A DNA stretch of 64,000 bases from an uncultured delta proteobacterium (GTDB lineage Bacteria > Desulfobacterota > RBG-13-43-22), in assembly GCA_963743305.1 (NCBI GenBank), contig CAVUPH010000028.1, forward strand, positions 22,643 to 86,642. Reading direction: 5' to 3'. The notes under the pieces are model-generated. The model saw only the letters and a list, made by a program, of their open reading frames with translations, had not been told where the DNA came from and ran no database searches. Below are positions 10,197 to 21,767 of the stretch, one piece after another. The position numbers and the translations under genes are program-made. Within the stretch, counting starts at the first letter, position 1. Each line of letters starts with the position of its first letter.

Positions 10197-13100
10197 TTGA
10201 TTCTCTCCCGGATCTGTTGGTGTAGAGAGAGGGTCTGGGGATTGGGTTGACTTCTCAGTTCTTCCTTCAAATTTTTTTTCAGCGCCTCAAAGAACCGTAA
10301 GGCCTCATTATAATTTCCCAAAGTGAGGCAGAGCCGCATCAGATTCCGGCAGGCCCCTTCCTTCAGAGGGTCTGTCTCCAGGATTCGCTGGTAGTAGCCG
10401 ACGGCCTTTCTTATCGATCCCCTGGCTACCGAAAGCTCCGCCAGTCGTTCCAGGGTTTCAATGAAGATCGTTTTCAGTTCGACCCGACGACGGTCAACGC
10501 TCGGCAAGGAGTTCTCCTCCGGTAGAAAATCCCCCTGGTACATTTCCAGCATCCGACCATACTCCTCCATGGCGCCTCGGGTGTCGCCCAGCATTTCCCT
10601 GCGTCTTCCGGCTCCTGCGGATTTCAGGAATTCGTCCGTATCGATCCGAATAAACTCCGGGGCCAATTCCAGCCGGTTATGGCGCAGGTGAAGATAGGTG
10701 GAACCCAAGGTAGGATGAATCGCCGCCTCCAGTGATTTACGGAGACGCAATAAGGTCACTTTAAAATTGTTTTCCCCTTTAGCGGTCTTCTCCAGGGGCC
10801 AAAGTTCTTCAATTAATATCTCTTTAGAGGCTTTCCCGCTCGGGTGGCAGAGCAAAGCGGTCAAGAGCTTTTTGGGTTGCTGTCCGACCCAGGACGTTTC
10901 GTTGATTTGGACTCCGTCCCGAATGATCCGCAATCCCCCCAAAGTCAATATCTCCAAGCCTGGGACGTTACGGTAATGGATGGTCCGCAGCAACCCTTGT
11001 TTTTCGGTCTGCAGCCCGGGAGAACGGTCCCACCCGGTCTTTAAGAGTTCCCGCTCAGCCGTGTCCGCATAAGGTTGATCTGTTAGGATCCTTCGGGCAA
11101 TCGGATAAAGCGCTTCGATCCCTAGTTCAAAGACCAGCAGACACCCTTTCACTACGTCAGTGGGGCTGAGCAACAAGAAGTAATAATACTTTTTCTCTCG
11201 GGCCAGGGTCAACCCGGCCTGGATGTGTTTTTTGGCTTCAGGTTTATTGCCGTGGTCCCAGAAGATTACGGCCAGGGCCAGATGAGTGTCGATCAATAAG
11301 ATGAAATTCTTTATGGTCAGGGCATAGCGGATAATTTCTTCCAGATCGCCGACGATTTCCTTGGTTCTAAACCGGTGATGGGCAATCAAGGCTTGAACGA
11401 TCCGGGCTCCATATAATCGACTTTCACAATAGCCCCTCTCACTGGCGATATAATCCATAGCTCGGGTAATTAGTTCAGCCGCTTTTTCATGCCGGTCGGA
11501 CTTATAGTAGGCAAAACCCAACATGACCCGGGGGTTTCCTTTTAAAAAATCGTTATCCAGGGATTCGGCCAAACCAATTACCGTCTGAGTTTTATCTTCG
11601 GCCTTGGACAGACTGCCAAAAAAGCCCTGCCAAAAAATCTCAAAGGACAGGATCAGGATATTAAAATAGAACAACCCATTTTCGGATATTAACTGCCAGG
11701 CCCTGGCCAGATTGTCGGCCGCCTTCCGGCTGTTCCCGGAAAAAATGTTAAAAAGGATCAGGGCGTTATAAGACCAGGTTTTGGTCTCAATGTCTTTGAT
11801 GGATCCGGACAATTTCTCTAGTTTTTGGGCTAGTCTTTCGGCCAGCCCGTATTCTCCTAAGATGCATAGTCCTTTCAATGAATTCCCTAAAGCCAGACAC
11901 TCCAGTATCGGATTTTTCAAAGCGCTGGCCAGGCGGCCGGCCTTCTGGCTGTCCTGGTATCCTTTCCGGGCATTTCCATACATGACCTGGTTGACGCCCA
12001 TATTGAGCCAGACGTAGGCCTTCTCTTCCGAATAAGATTCAGGGGGGCTTTGGGCCAGCCACCACTCGGCTTGGGTGAATAACTCCAACAACGAACTCCA
12101 GGGCGCCCGGCAGACATTGGATGCCTCCAAGAGGTACGCCAGAGTTAGGAGGATTCCCTGGGTATCGGCTTTCTTTTCGAATAGGGACAGGCAGCAGGAA
12201 AAACGGTTCAGATTTTCATTCATCTCACTCCAGCGGCGGGTTAGGGAAAACAGCAAGAGCAGCCAGGGATCCTGCCGAATGGAAGCCTCTGAGAAGGCCT
12301 GAAGTATTTTTGAGAGGTCTTCCGTTCTCCCCTTGGCAACCATCTCCAGCCCGATCTGCTTGATGATTTCGGCCGCCGCGGCCAGGTTGTTCGCCCGAAG
12401 AAAAAATTGAACCGCCTCATCCGGATTGCCCCGATTCTGAAATAGAAGTGCCGCGCGTTGATACTGGTCGACCTTTTCCTGTTCGGACAGGGTCTCCTCG
12501 AACCGGGTCAGCAAGAATTCCCGGAACAATTGGTGAAAACGGAAGACCCACCCCTTCCCCGGTTCGTAGCTTTCCTGAACAAAAAGGTTTCGGCGGGCGA
12601 AATCCTTGAGGATCCCCTCCGCCTCCGCCGCACCGGCCAACCCCCGCACCAGATCCGGATCGACAAACGGAACCAGCGCCGACTTGACCAATAAATCCTG
12701 AACTTCGGGCGATTGGGCGGCAAAGATCTCTTGCCCTAAGTACTCAAAGGCCTCTATCCGGAAACGGTCCAATCCCCCGTCCCCCAAAAACTGGTCCGGC
12801 GCTACCGCTGGATTTTTTCCTAATGTTTCGCCCAACAGAATCAGGCCCCCCACCCAACCTCCGGTAATCTGATGTATTTTCCCAAGTGGCTCGGCCTCGA
12901 GGGAAATCTTCCGGGTCCGGGTGAAAAAATCCCGAATTTCCGTTCGGGTGAATGCCAGGTCTTCGTTTTTCAGCACCAAAGCCTGTTGTCGAACATTCAA
13001 AGAGTCATAGTTGAAATCCCCCGGCGGGGTTTGGCGAGAGCAGAGGACCAGCCGGAGTTCTGGCGGAGATTCGTCCAAAAGGACCTGCAGGAAGGAGAAG

Positions 13101-13531
13101 GCCGGCGAATCGGAATTTAACCGGTCGAGGCCATCGAGGGCCAAAAAAACCGGCCCGAGAATAAATTCTCCCAGCCCCCGGATCCATTCCCGGTAGAAAC
13201 CTACGGGATCCCGGGGGCCCATAGTCCGGGAAGGAAAATCCAGCAGAGAAGACCACTCCCTCCCCGACAGTACCCGCTGAAGCGCCTGAATGATGATCTG
13301 GAAAAGATTGACCGGATCGGATTCCTCCGCCCCCAGGTTCACCCAAGCAGCCGGGATACCGGACCGCTCCAGAAAAGACGCCGCCAGGGTGGATTTTCCT
13401 TGGGCCGCCTGGCCCAGGATCAGGATCAATTTCTTGCCCGTATTCTTTTTCAAAAGGTTCAGCAGTCGCCGACGCGGTAGCGTGTTGGTGACTTGGGGGG
13501 GCGTAATCTTAGGGAGGTTGATGGGGGCCAT
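10187..13531 (-). CDS. MalT-like STAND ATPase + TPR + wHTH/BTAD transcriptional regulator (copy 1)
   Basis: GQAAQGKST P-loop, FRFHQLFREFL, C-terminal IEELWP...YQGDFLPE...DPLKEGACRNLMRL; start placed at MAPINLPKITPP by alignment with the paralog. Confidence 0.88.
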   Translation of the reverse strand: MAPINLPKITPPQVTNTLPRRRLLNLLKKNTGKKLILILGQAAQGKSTLAASFLERSGIPAAWVNLGAEESDPVNLFQIIIQALQRVLSGREWSSLLDFPSRTMGPRDPVGFYREWIRGLGEFILGPVFLALDGLDRLNSDSPAFSFLQVLLDESPPELRLVLCSRQTPPGDFNYDSLNVRQQALVLKNEDLAFTRTEIRDFFTRTRKISLEAEPLGKIHQITGGWVGGLILLGETLGKNPAVAPDQFLGDGGLDRFRIEAFEYLGQEIFAAQSPEVQDLLVKSALVPFVDPDLVRGLAGAAEAEGILKDFARRNLFVQESYEPGKGWVFRFHQLFREFLLTRFEETLSEQEKVDQYQRAALLFQNRGNPDEAVQFFLRANNLAAAAEIIKQIGLEMVAKGRTEDLSKILQAFSEASIRQDPWLLLLFSLTRRWSEMNENLNRFSCCLSLFEKKADTQGILLTLAYLLEASNVCRAPWSSLLELFTQAEWWLAQSPPESYSEEKAYVWLNMGVNQVMYGNARKGYQDSQKAGRLASALKNPILECLALGNSLKGLCILGEYGLAERLAQKLEKLSGSIKDIETKTWSYNALILFNIFSGNSRKAADNLARAWQLISENGLFYFNILILSFEIFWQGFFGSLSKAEDKTQTVIGLAESLDNDFLKGNPRVMLGFAYYKSDRHEKAAELITRAMDYIASERGYCESRLYGARIVQALIAHHRFRTKEIVGDLEEIIRYALTIKNFILLIDTHLALAVIFWDHGNKPEAKKHIQAGLTLAREKKYYYFLLLSPTDVVKGCLLVFELGIEALYPIARRILTDQPYADTAERELLKTGWDRSPGLQTEKQGLLRTIHYRNVPGLEILTLGGLRIIRDGVQINETSWVGQQPKKLLTALLCHPSGKASKEILIEELWPLEKTAKGENNFKVTLLRLRKSLEAAIHPTLGSTYLHLRHNRLELAPEFIRIDTDEFLKSAGAGRRREMLGDTRGAMEEYGRMLEMYQGDFLPEENSLPSVDRRRVELKTIFIETLERLAELSVARGSIRKAVGYYQRILETDPLKEGACRNLMRLCLTLGNYNEALRFFEALKKNLKEELRSQPNPQTLSLHQQIRERINQK

Positions 13532-13670
13532 GAAATAGTACTTGTCTGCTCGGACGGCGTGACCGCCGGTTGTTCCCGCTTGACTAGCGGATTTCAAACC
13601 CGCCAACCATTAACCCGGTCCCAAATAACAAACCATGTAGCAACGACCGGCGGATTGCCCTAGCCAATCG

Positions 13671-16600
13671 TCATTCGATCCGGAAAACCGAGCGGATACG
13701 GTTATAAAGGGCCAGGGTTTGGGGATCGGGCCGGCTTTTTAATTCTTGGCGCAGATTCTTTCTAAGGGTTTCGAAAACCCGCAGGGCTTCGTTAAAGTTG
13801 CTCAGGCTCAGGGACAACCGCATGAAAGCCCGGCAGGCTCCTTCTTGTAAGGGATCGGCGTCCAGGATGCGCCGGTAATAGCCGGCTGCTTTCTTCAGCG
13901 ATCCCTGCTCCTCGGAAAGTTTGGCCAGACGCAGCAGGGTCTCGATGAAAATCCTCCTCAGTTCGTCCCGCCTTCGGTCCACGCCGGGAAGCGAGTTTTC
14001 CAGGGGCAGAAAATCGCCCAGGTAATATTCCAGCGCTTTCCCGTACTCTTCCAGGGCTCCCCGGGCATCTTGCGCCCGATCTTTCCATCTTCCCCTGTCT
14101 ACCGCTATCAGGAATTCGTCCACGTCGGTCCGGGCGAACTCCGGATTCAGGAAGACCATATTGTTCCGCAAGTGAACATAGGAAGAACCGAAGGTCGGAT
14201 GAATGTCCAGTTCCAGGAATTTCCGCAACCGCATGAGATTCACCTTGAAATTGTTCTCCCCCCGGTCGGCATCTTCTTCCGGCCAGAGTTCTTCAATCAG
14301 GACATCTTTTGAAACTTTCCCGCCGGGATGGCAGAGCAGGGCCAGCAAAAGCCTCTTGGGCTGGTGGCGAGTCCAACCCTCCTCGCCCACCCGGGATTCC
14401 CCCCGGGTGATCTGTAATCCTCCCAGGGTCTTGATCTCCAGAAATGGCACCTGTCGGTTATGGATGATCCGCAGCAATTCCAACCCCAGCGACCGCATCC
14501 GCGGAGAAGGATGGCTCTCCAGCTTCATTAATTCCGGTGTGGCGTGCTCGGCATAGCGGTTGGCCAACAGCTCCCGGGCCAGCGCCTGGGCCTCGGTCAC
14601 CTCCAGTTCGTAAACCAGGAGGCAGGCTTGGACGCTATCCCCAGGACTCAAGAAAAAGAAATGCCTAAAGCCCTTGTCCCGGGCTATCCGGAAGCCGGTC
14701 TTGAGGTGCTCAACGGCCTCCGTCTCTTCCCCGTAATCGTGCTGGATCAGAGCCAAAGCCAGATGGGCCTGGGTTTGAAATAGAAAGTTGTTAATCTCTT
14801 GGCTATAATGCAAAAGGTTTTCGAGATCACTAATGATCTCTTCCTGGTCTTTCCGCGGGTGCTCGATTAAAATCCGAATAATATCAGCCGAGCACTTGTA
14901 GACCTCAGAATAGCCTTCACCACTTGAAAAAATTTTAATACACTTGGTCAAATGCTCTTGGGCTTCATCCAACACCCCCGCTCGGTAAAGGGAAATCCCC
15001 AGCCAATGGTGCATCGTTCCCTCATAAAATTTACTTCCTAACGAACCCGCGATACCGATATTTTCAATCCCCTTGGTTTTGGCAATTTTCGGATCTCCTA
15101 AGAGGGCCAGGTATATTATTTCGAAGAGGAGCATGGGCATCTGAAAATACGAAAGCCCGTTTTCGGCAATGATCTTTTTCGCTTCAACTATAGATTCAAA
15201 GGCCTTCTCCCGGTTACCAATGACGGTGTTATAGAATATGATTGCCGTTGCATACCAGATCTTGGATTCCACATACGGAAGATGACCGACTAGTCTTTCC
15301 AAGGTTTCGTAAACCTCTTCCGCCGCGGTGAGATCTCCAAGCATCGTCAGATTAGTCAGGGAATGGGATAAAATAGTGACTTCTAGAATTGGGTTATCCA
15401 ACATCTTGGCCAGGAGGTACGCCTGTTGAAAAGCCTGATATCCTTTGTAGGGATTTCCTCGAACCATATTGGCAAACCCGACTTGAAGCCAGAGGAAGGC
15501 TCTCCACTGAGGCAGCTTTCCCAATTGGGGAGCTGCGCTCCATTCTTCGGCTTTATCCAGACAGGCGCGAAGCGTTTTCCATTCCAGGCCAACCACCATG
15601 AACGCCTCGATCAGGAAGGCCAAACATAAAACTACCCCCTTGGCATCCTGCCCTTTTTCAAAATGGACCAGGCACCGCTCAAGCCTGGCTACATTCTGGG
15701 GAAATTCCATCCAGCGTCGGGTCAGGGATAATAACAAGAGCAGCCACGGGTCCTGCTGAATCTTCTCATCCGGTAGGACCTTGAGGAATCCCGAAAGATC
15801 CTCGGTACGGCCTTTATTGAAAAGGTCCAACCCGATCATTTTGATGATTCCCGCAACCGCTTCAAAGTCTTTGGCCTGGAGGTATAAGTTCCCCGCCGCT
15901 TCCAGGTCCCCCCGCTTTTCGAACAGGGAAGCCGCCTTCCGGTACATAGCGGCCCTCTCTTCTTCCGAAAAAATCTCCTGAAAGCGGTTCAGTAAAAATT
16001 CCCGGAACAACTGATGGAAACGGAAGATCCAGCCCTTGCCCGGTTCATAGATCCCCTGCACAAAAAGGTTCCGGCGGGCAAATTTCCTGAGGATTTCTTC
16101 GGTGTCCACCCCCCCACTCAACTCGCGTATAAGGGAGGGGTCCACGAATGGCACCAGCGAGGCCCGGATCAGCATATCCTGAACCACCGGTGGTTGGGCG
16201 GCGAAAATTTCCCGCCCCAAATACTCAAAGGCCTCCACCCGAAAACGGGTCAGAAACCCGTCCCTCAGAAACAGATCCGGATCCGCGGCCAGATCCCGTC
16301 CCAGGATCTCGGCCATCAGGATCAGGCCCCCGATCCAGCCCTCGGTGGCCTGCCGGATTTTATCGAGCGGCTGCGACTTGAGGACAATCCTCCGGGTCCG
16401 GCTGAAAAAATCCCGAATCTCGGTACGGGTGAAGGCCAGGTCCTTATTGTTCAGCACCAAGGCCTGCTGTTGCATTTTCAAGGGCTGATAATTGAAAGCC
16501 GCCGAAGGCGTCTGGCGGGAGCAAAGAACCAGACTGAGTTCGGGTGGGGATTCTTCCAACAGGATCTGCAAAAATGAAAAGGCCGGGGAATCGGAAATCA

Positions 16601-17012
16601 GCCGGTCGAGGCCGTCCAGGGCCAGAAAAATCGGGGAGGAGATGAAGCCCGCCAGACCCCGGACCCATTCCCGATAAAAACCGGCCGGGTCCCGGGGACC
16701 CATGGTCCGGGAAGGGTATTCCAGAAGGGAGGAGAAATCACCTTCCGGCAACACCTGTTGCAGTGAATCGATAAGGGCATAGAAAAGGTTGACCGGGTCG
16801 GACTCCTCCGGGCCCAGGTTCACCCAGGCCGAAGGGATCGGGACCTGTTCAAGAAAGGAGGCCGCCAGGGTGGACTTTCCCTGGGCCGCCTGGCCCAGGA
16901 TCAGGATCAGCTTCTTGTCCATACTCTTTTTCAATAGGTTGAGCAGCCGCGGGCGCGGCAGGGTGTTGGTCAACTGCGGGGGCGTTATCTTGGATAGGCT
17001 GACAGGGGTCAC
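13671..17012 (-). CDS. MalT-like STAND ATPase + TPR + wHTH/BTAD transcriptional regulator (copy 2)
   Basis: Same architecture and motifs as 10187-13531; tandem paralog. Confidence 0.88.
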   Translation of the reverse strand: MTPVSLSKITPPQLTNTLPRPRLLNLLKKSMDKKLILILGQAAQGKSTLAASFLEQVPIPSAWVNLGPEESDPVNLFYALIDSLQQVLPEGDFSSLLEYPSRTMGPRDPAGFYREWVRGLAGFISSPIFLALDGLDRLISDSPAFSFLQILLEESPPELSLVLCSRQTPSAAFNYQPLKMQQQALVLNNKDLAFTRTEIRDFFSRTRRIVLKSQPLDKIRQATEGWIGGLILMAEILGRDLAADPDLFLRDGFLTRFRVEAFEYLGREIFAAQPPVVQDMLIRASLVPFVDPSLIRELSGGVDTEEILRKFARRNLFVQGIYEPGKGWIFRFHQLFREFLLNRFQEIFSEEERAAMYRKAASLFEKRGDLEAAGNLYLQAKDFEAVAGIIKMIGLDLFNKGRTEDLSGFLKVLPDEKIQQDPWLLLLLSLTRRWMEFPQNVARLERCLVHFEKGQDAKGVVLCLAFLIEAFMVVGLEWKTLRACLDKAEEWSAAPQLGKLPQWRAFLWLQVGFANMVRGNPYKGYQAFQQAYLLAKMLDNPILEVTILSHSLTNLTMLGDLTAAEEVYETLERLVGHLPYVESKIWYATAIIFYNTVIGNREKAFESIVEAKKIIAENGLSYFQMPMLLFEIIYLALLGDPKIAKTKGIENIGIAGSLGSKFYEGTMHHWLGISLYRAGVLDEAQEHLTKCIKIFSSGEGYSEVYKCSADIIRILIEHPRKDQEEIISDLENLLHYSQEINNFLFQTQAHLALALIQHDYGEETEAVEHLKTGFRIARDKGFRHFFFLSPGDSVQACLLVYELEVTEAQALARELLANRYAEHATPELMKLESHPSPRMRSLGLELLRIIHNRQVPFLEIKTLGGLQITRGESRVGEEGWTRHQPKRLLLALLCHPGGKVSKDVLIEELWPEEDADRGENNFKVNLMRLRKFLELDIHPTFGSSYVHLRNNMVFLNPEFARTDVDEFLIAVDRGRWKDRAQDARGALEEYGKALEYYLGDFLPLENSLPGVDRRRDELRRIFIETLLRLAKLSEEQGSLKKAAGYYRRILDADPLQEGACRAFMRLSLSLSNFNEALRVFETLRKNLRQELKSRPDPQTLALYNRIRSVFRIE

Positions 17013-17173
17013 AGGAGCCGGCGAAACCTCATCGTGGGATATTCAGAATGCCTGGAGGATTTATATCATATATATATCAAAAAATAATCTCTTATTTGTT
17101 AAATTTTCGTGGGTTGTGGTGGGGGGGGTTGGGTCCCGGCAGGACTAGAACCGGGCGGGTCTGGAACCCGCCC

Positions 17174-18359
17174 CTACTTCTTTGTTATTTTGGTCCCCTC
17201 CTTGATCTGGTTGGTGGGATGGGAGATGACCCAATCGCCTTCTTTCAGGCCCTGCAGGAGCTCGACTTCCCGTGGGCTGCGGTGTCCCACTTTCACAATC
17301 TGCTTTTTCGCCCGGCCATTGCGGGACGCGAACAGAGCCCAATCCTTTCCGGATCGGAACAGGGCGCCGGCCGGGACCTTCAAGATATTCTGACCTTCCC
17401 AAATGACAATTCGAGCCTCTACCCGGTAGTCGTCGCCCAGGGGCCCGGGCGGGTCCATAAAATCCGCTACCACATTGACCCGTTGCTCTTCGATCCCCAG
17501 GGCCGAGACCTTGGTGAATCCCTGGTCCTCGATCAGTCGGACCCGGGCCCGCAAGGGTTGTTCCCCGCCCCAGTTTTCCAGAATAACCGGCATCCCCGGC
17601 CGGACCTTCACCGCTTCACTGGACAGGAGGTCCACCACCACTTCCAGCCTGGTGGGATCCCCCACCACCACGAGGGGTGTCCCGGCCGGAACCACCCGCT
17701 CGCTTTTTTCCTGAATTTTTAAGACCCGCCCGCTGACCGGGGACGAAACGGTGATCAGACCTCCGGTCTTCCCCTGACTCCTTTCCGCGGCCAGCAAACG
17801 AGCCCGACTTAATTCCACTTCATAAGCCGCCGCCTTGGCCCGGAAACGGGCGGCCTCCAAGTCGCTGGCGCCGGTTATCTCCGCCTTCTCGGACTGCTCA
17901 TAGGCCTGCCTGGAAATTCCGCCGGCCTTGAACAGTCGCTGGTAACGGTCCCGCTCCCGCTTGCCCTGTTCATGGACGGCCTGGGCTTCCTTCGACCTTC
18001 TCTTCGCTTGCCCGTTGGAGGGCCAGATTCATCTGAACTCGGGCTTGGGCTTCGGCCAGTTCTCGAGGGTCCAGAGGTGACGGGTGGAGCCAGGCGACCA
18101 CTTGTCCCTGTCTCACTCGATCGCCTTCCCGCCAGTCCAGGCGGGTCAGGCGTCCGCTTACCGGGGCGGCCACCACATACCGATCCCGGGCCCGGGTCTT
18201 CCCCTGTTCGTCGATGGTCACCGTCAAAACCCCTTTTTGGGCCTGGGCCAAATCCACCGGCACCGGTTTCGGCCACCAGATCCAGATAACAAGGGCGGCC
18301 GGGATCAAAACCGCAACGACCGCCAACAACTTTCTTTTTAGGGATTTCATTGATTTCAC
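17174..18359 (-). CDS. Efflux periplasmic adaptor (HlyD/MacA-like), frameshifted near 17992
   Basis: VVAAPVSGRL and SSPVSGRVLK lipoyl-like halves; middle read manually in the second frame (EAQAVHEQGKRERDRYQRLFKAGGISRQAYE). Confidence 0.85.
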
Positions 18360-18495
18360 CTAACCTGAACCAGTGAAAGCCAATTCACCGCAATGACGCT
18401 GTAATTCTTTTAGGAAAATCGGCGCCTCGGTCGAGTTTCACACGGCATCCCAATTCTTTGCGTCCTTCGCGCCTCTGGCGGTGAAATTACGTTTT

Positions 18496-20860
18496 TTACT
18501 CCCTGGTCTTCAACACCGCGATCAGATCCAGGTGTTTAATCCTCCGGCGAACTAAAAGGCCCGACAGCAAGGCCGAAACCGCCACAATCAGAAAGGCCAG
18601 CGCATAGGTCTTCCCGGTGATTACCAGGGGCAAGCGGTATAACTCCGACTCGGAGGCCCGAATGACCAAAGCGCAGACTCCCCAGCCCAGCAGGCAGCCC
18701 AGGGGTATGGCCAGAAGGGTTAAAAGGGCCTGCTCCCCCAAGAGGAGGACGCCGACCTCCCGCTGGGTGAATCCCAGAACCCTCAAGCTGGCCAACTCAT
18801 TCCCTCGCTCGGAGAGGGCGATGCGGGCTCCATTATAAACCAGGCCGAAAGCAATCACGCAAGCAAAAACGATCAGCATGGTGGTGGAAATCATCATATT
18901 TTCAGCAATGGTTTGCTTGAAGCTTTCCAGCATGGCCTCCCGGATCCCCACCCCGCTCACCGCCGGGGTCTGTTTAAGCCGGGAGTATAATTGAGCGGCC
19001 TGAAGGGGTTCCACGGCCAGATAAGGCTCCGGAGACGGTAGGCTCCTCCTCCAGCAGACGGTTCAAGGCCCGGATATCCATGTAGGCCGAAATCCCGATC
19101 AGTTCGTCCACCAGCTCGGCAACGAGCATTGTTTTGACCGGTCTCCTTCCCTCCAAAACCTCAATTTGCAGAGCATCCCCGACCGAGACGCCCAGGATCT
19201 CAGCCAGCTTGGTGTTCAACACGATCCCCTCGGAGGGCAGGGATAGCGGCCGCAGCCGACTATCGACCAGGGAACGGAGCCGCCCGTCCGGGGTTAACCC
19301 TAAGACCCCCAGGCGTTTGGATCGATGTTCAAACCGTAGACGGACCGGGACCATTCGAAACGTTTCGGAGGCCTTGACTCCCGGCAGATGATTCAGATCA
19401 TAGCGAACCCGCGCCGGGCGGGGGTTATGGAAGAGCAGGGTGGCATCCTCCCGCTGAATGATCCCGAACTGGACCTTCATAATATAATCGATGGCGTCGA
19501 AGCCGTAAAACCCGACCACCAAAATGGCCACCGCCCAGGCGATGCCGAAGACCGACAGAAAGGCTTTCGCTTTCTTTCGAGCCAGGTTGCGCAGGATCAT
19601 GCGGGCCGCCGGATGAAACAGGCCCTGCAGTCCCAGGCCTTCCAACCATCCGGTTCGAAATCGGGCCGGAGGTTCCGGGCGCATGGCCTCAGCCGGGGGC
19701 AGGGCCACCGCTCTCCAGACGGCCGTCAGGGCGCCCAGGCAGGCCGAGCCGCCGCTGATCAGCAGGGCCCAGCCGACCAAAGAAGGGGTGGTCCGGAAGC
19801 GAAGGGCGGGAAAATGAAAAAATCGGGAATACATCTCGGAGAGGTAGCTGCCGAACCAGATCCCCAAGGCGAATCCCAGGAGGGCCCCCCCCGCGATGAT
19901 CACCAGAGCAAATTTCAGGTAGTGCCCCCCGATGGACCAGCGCGTGTAGCCGAAGGACTTCAACAGGGCGATCTGCGGCCGCTGCAGAGCAATCATCCGG
20001 GAGAGGATGATGTGGATCAAAAAGGCGGCGATGCCCAGGAAGATGGAGGGGATGAAGATGCCGGTCACCCGATCCTGGGCAATTTCATCGGAGAGAAAGC
20101 GATGGGAAATCTGCTCGTCCCGGCCATAGGCCCCCAGGCCGCCGTAGTCCTCCAGCAGCCGGTCCAGTTGGGCGATGATGGCGGCCGGATTCGCCCCGGG
20201 GGAGAGGGTCAGCGATACATCGTTGAAACCCTCCTTCAGGTCAAAGGCCGGACCCAATATCTCCCGACTCATCCAGAGGATCCCGAAACGGCGGTTGTCC
20301 GGGAAGATTTCGACGCCCCGGATTTCATAGACATACTCGGGCGAAATAGCAATCCCGACGATACGCAACTGCTTCCGGCGTCCGTTCAGGATCGCCCCGA
20401 AGGTATCCCCGATCTTTAATCGGTTAGCGGAGGCGAAGGCCTCACTGATCAGCACCTCGTCCCGCTGCCGGGGTTCTATATAACGGCCCTCCCGCAGGTA
20501 AAGATCGTTGAGTCGGGGCCGGAATTTTTCCGGTATCGAAACCAGCCGTCCAGTGGCCGGCTCTTCCAGGCCGGGCACATCGAGCGCCACGTCGAAGACT
20601 ACGCGGGTGTCCACCTGCGCCACACCCGGGATAGCGGCCAGACGGGGAACCAGGGATTCCGGGGCTCGTTTGACTTGAGCGAAGATCTCGGCGAAACGGG
20701 ATTCACGGTAATATTCGGCCTGGGAAACCACCAGGGACTCGTAGGCGCTGCGCATGGTGATGTAGCTGGCCATCCCGCAGGCCACCACCAGCATGACGGC
20801 CAGCACCTGACCGCTCAAATGGACCAAGTCCCGAAGTAGCTTGCGGTTGAGGCTGGTCAT
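18496..20860 (-). CDS. FtsX/MacB-like ABC permease, frameshifted near 19023
   Basis: Two FtsX halves ([13 protein letters not shown]; [14 protein letters not shown]); removing one T restores SGAYLAVEP. Confidence 0.88.
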
Positions 20861-20916
20861 TCGATCATTTGAATTTGTTTCGGATTTAACACCCCGGGCA
20901 GCGATCTATCCTAGGA

Positions 20917-21648
20917 TTACCAGCTCAACTCGCTTGGAGATGCCCGTTTTTCATTCTTCCGGATTTCCACGATTTCGCCGCTGCTGATCCGGATCACCCG
21001 GTCGGCCATGGCGGCGATGGCGGCATTGTGGGTGATGACCACCGTGATGGTGCCTAACCTCCGGTTGACCTCTTCCAGGACTTCGAGGACCAGTTTACCG
21101 GTGGCGTAGTCCAGGGCCCCGGTCGGTTCGTCGCAAAGGAGCACATCCGGTTGCTTGACCACCGCCCGGGCAATGGCCACCCGCTGCTGCTCCCCGCCGG
21201 AAAGCTGGGCCGGAAAATGATGCAGCCGGTCGCCCAGACCCACCCATTTCAGGGCTTCCTTCGGGTCCATGGGTTTTTCGGCGATCTCGGTCACCAAACT
21301 GACGTTCTCCAGCGCAGTCAGGCTGGGGATCAAATTGTAAAACTGAAAGACGAAACCCACGTGCTCCCGCCGGAAGAGGGTCAGGGCCTGATCATCCAAC
21401 GTCGTCAAATTATGGTCCAGGTAGTAAACCTCTCCGCCGCTGGGGACGTCGAGCCCGCCCAGGATATTTACCAGGGTGGATTTCCCGCTCCCTGAGGGGC
21501 CCAGCAAAACGACGAACTCGCCGGCATATAAGTCCAAATCCACTTTTTTCAGGGCCGGCACTATCACCTCTCCGAGGGTGTAAACCTTGGAGACATTTTG
21601 AAGGTGGAATACCGGCGGCCCGGGATATTTTTTCGTCTCTCGCGACAT
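20917..21648 (-). CDS. ABC transporter ATP-binding protein (LolD/MacB-like)
   Basis: [33 protein letters not shown]. Confidence 0.95.
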   Translation of the reverse strand: MSRETKKYPGPPVFHLQNVSKVYTLGEVIVPALKKVDLDLYAGEFVVLLGPSGSGKSTLVNILGGLDVPSGGEVYYLDHNLTTLDDQALTLFRREHVGFVFQFYNLIPSLTALENVSLVTEIAEKPMDPKEALKWVGLGDRLHHFPAQLSGGEQQRVAIARAVVKQPDVLLCDEPTGALDYATGKLVLEVLEEVNRRLGTITVVITHNAAIAAMADRVIRISSGEIVEIRKNEKRASPSELSW

Positions 21649-21703
21649 GGCCTCTTCTGCAATCTTTTTTTCTTATATCCTACCTGATCCAAATCCTCCA
21701 TGT

Positions 21704-21733
21704 AAAAAAAAAGGGCGGGGTAAACCCGCCCTT
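21704..21733 (-). terminator. Rho-independent terminator after cooS
   Basis: AAGGGCGGG-5 nt-CCCGCCCTT stem followed on the minus strand by a T9 tract. Confidence 0.85.
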
Positions 21734-21767
21734 CACTCCTGGAGTAGGAGATAATTTCCACTTCCGG

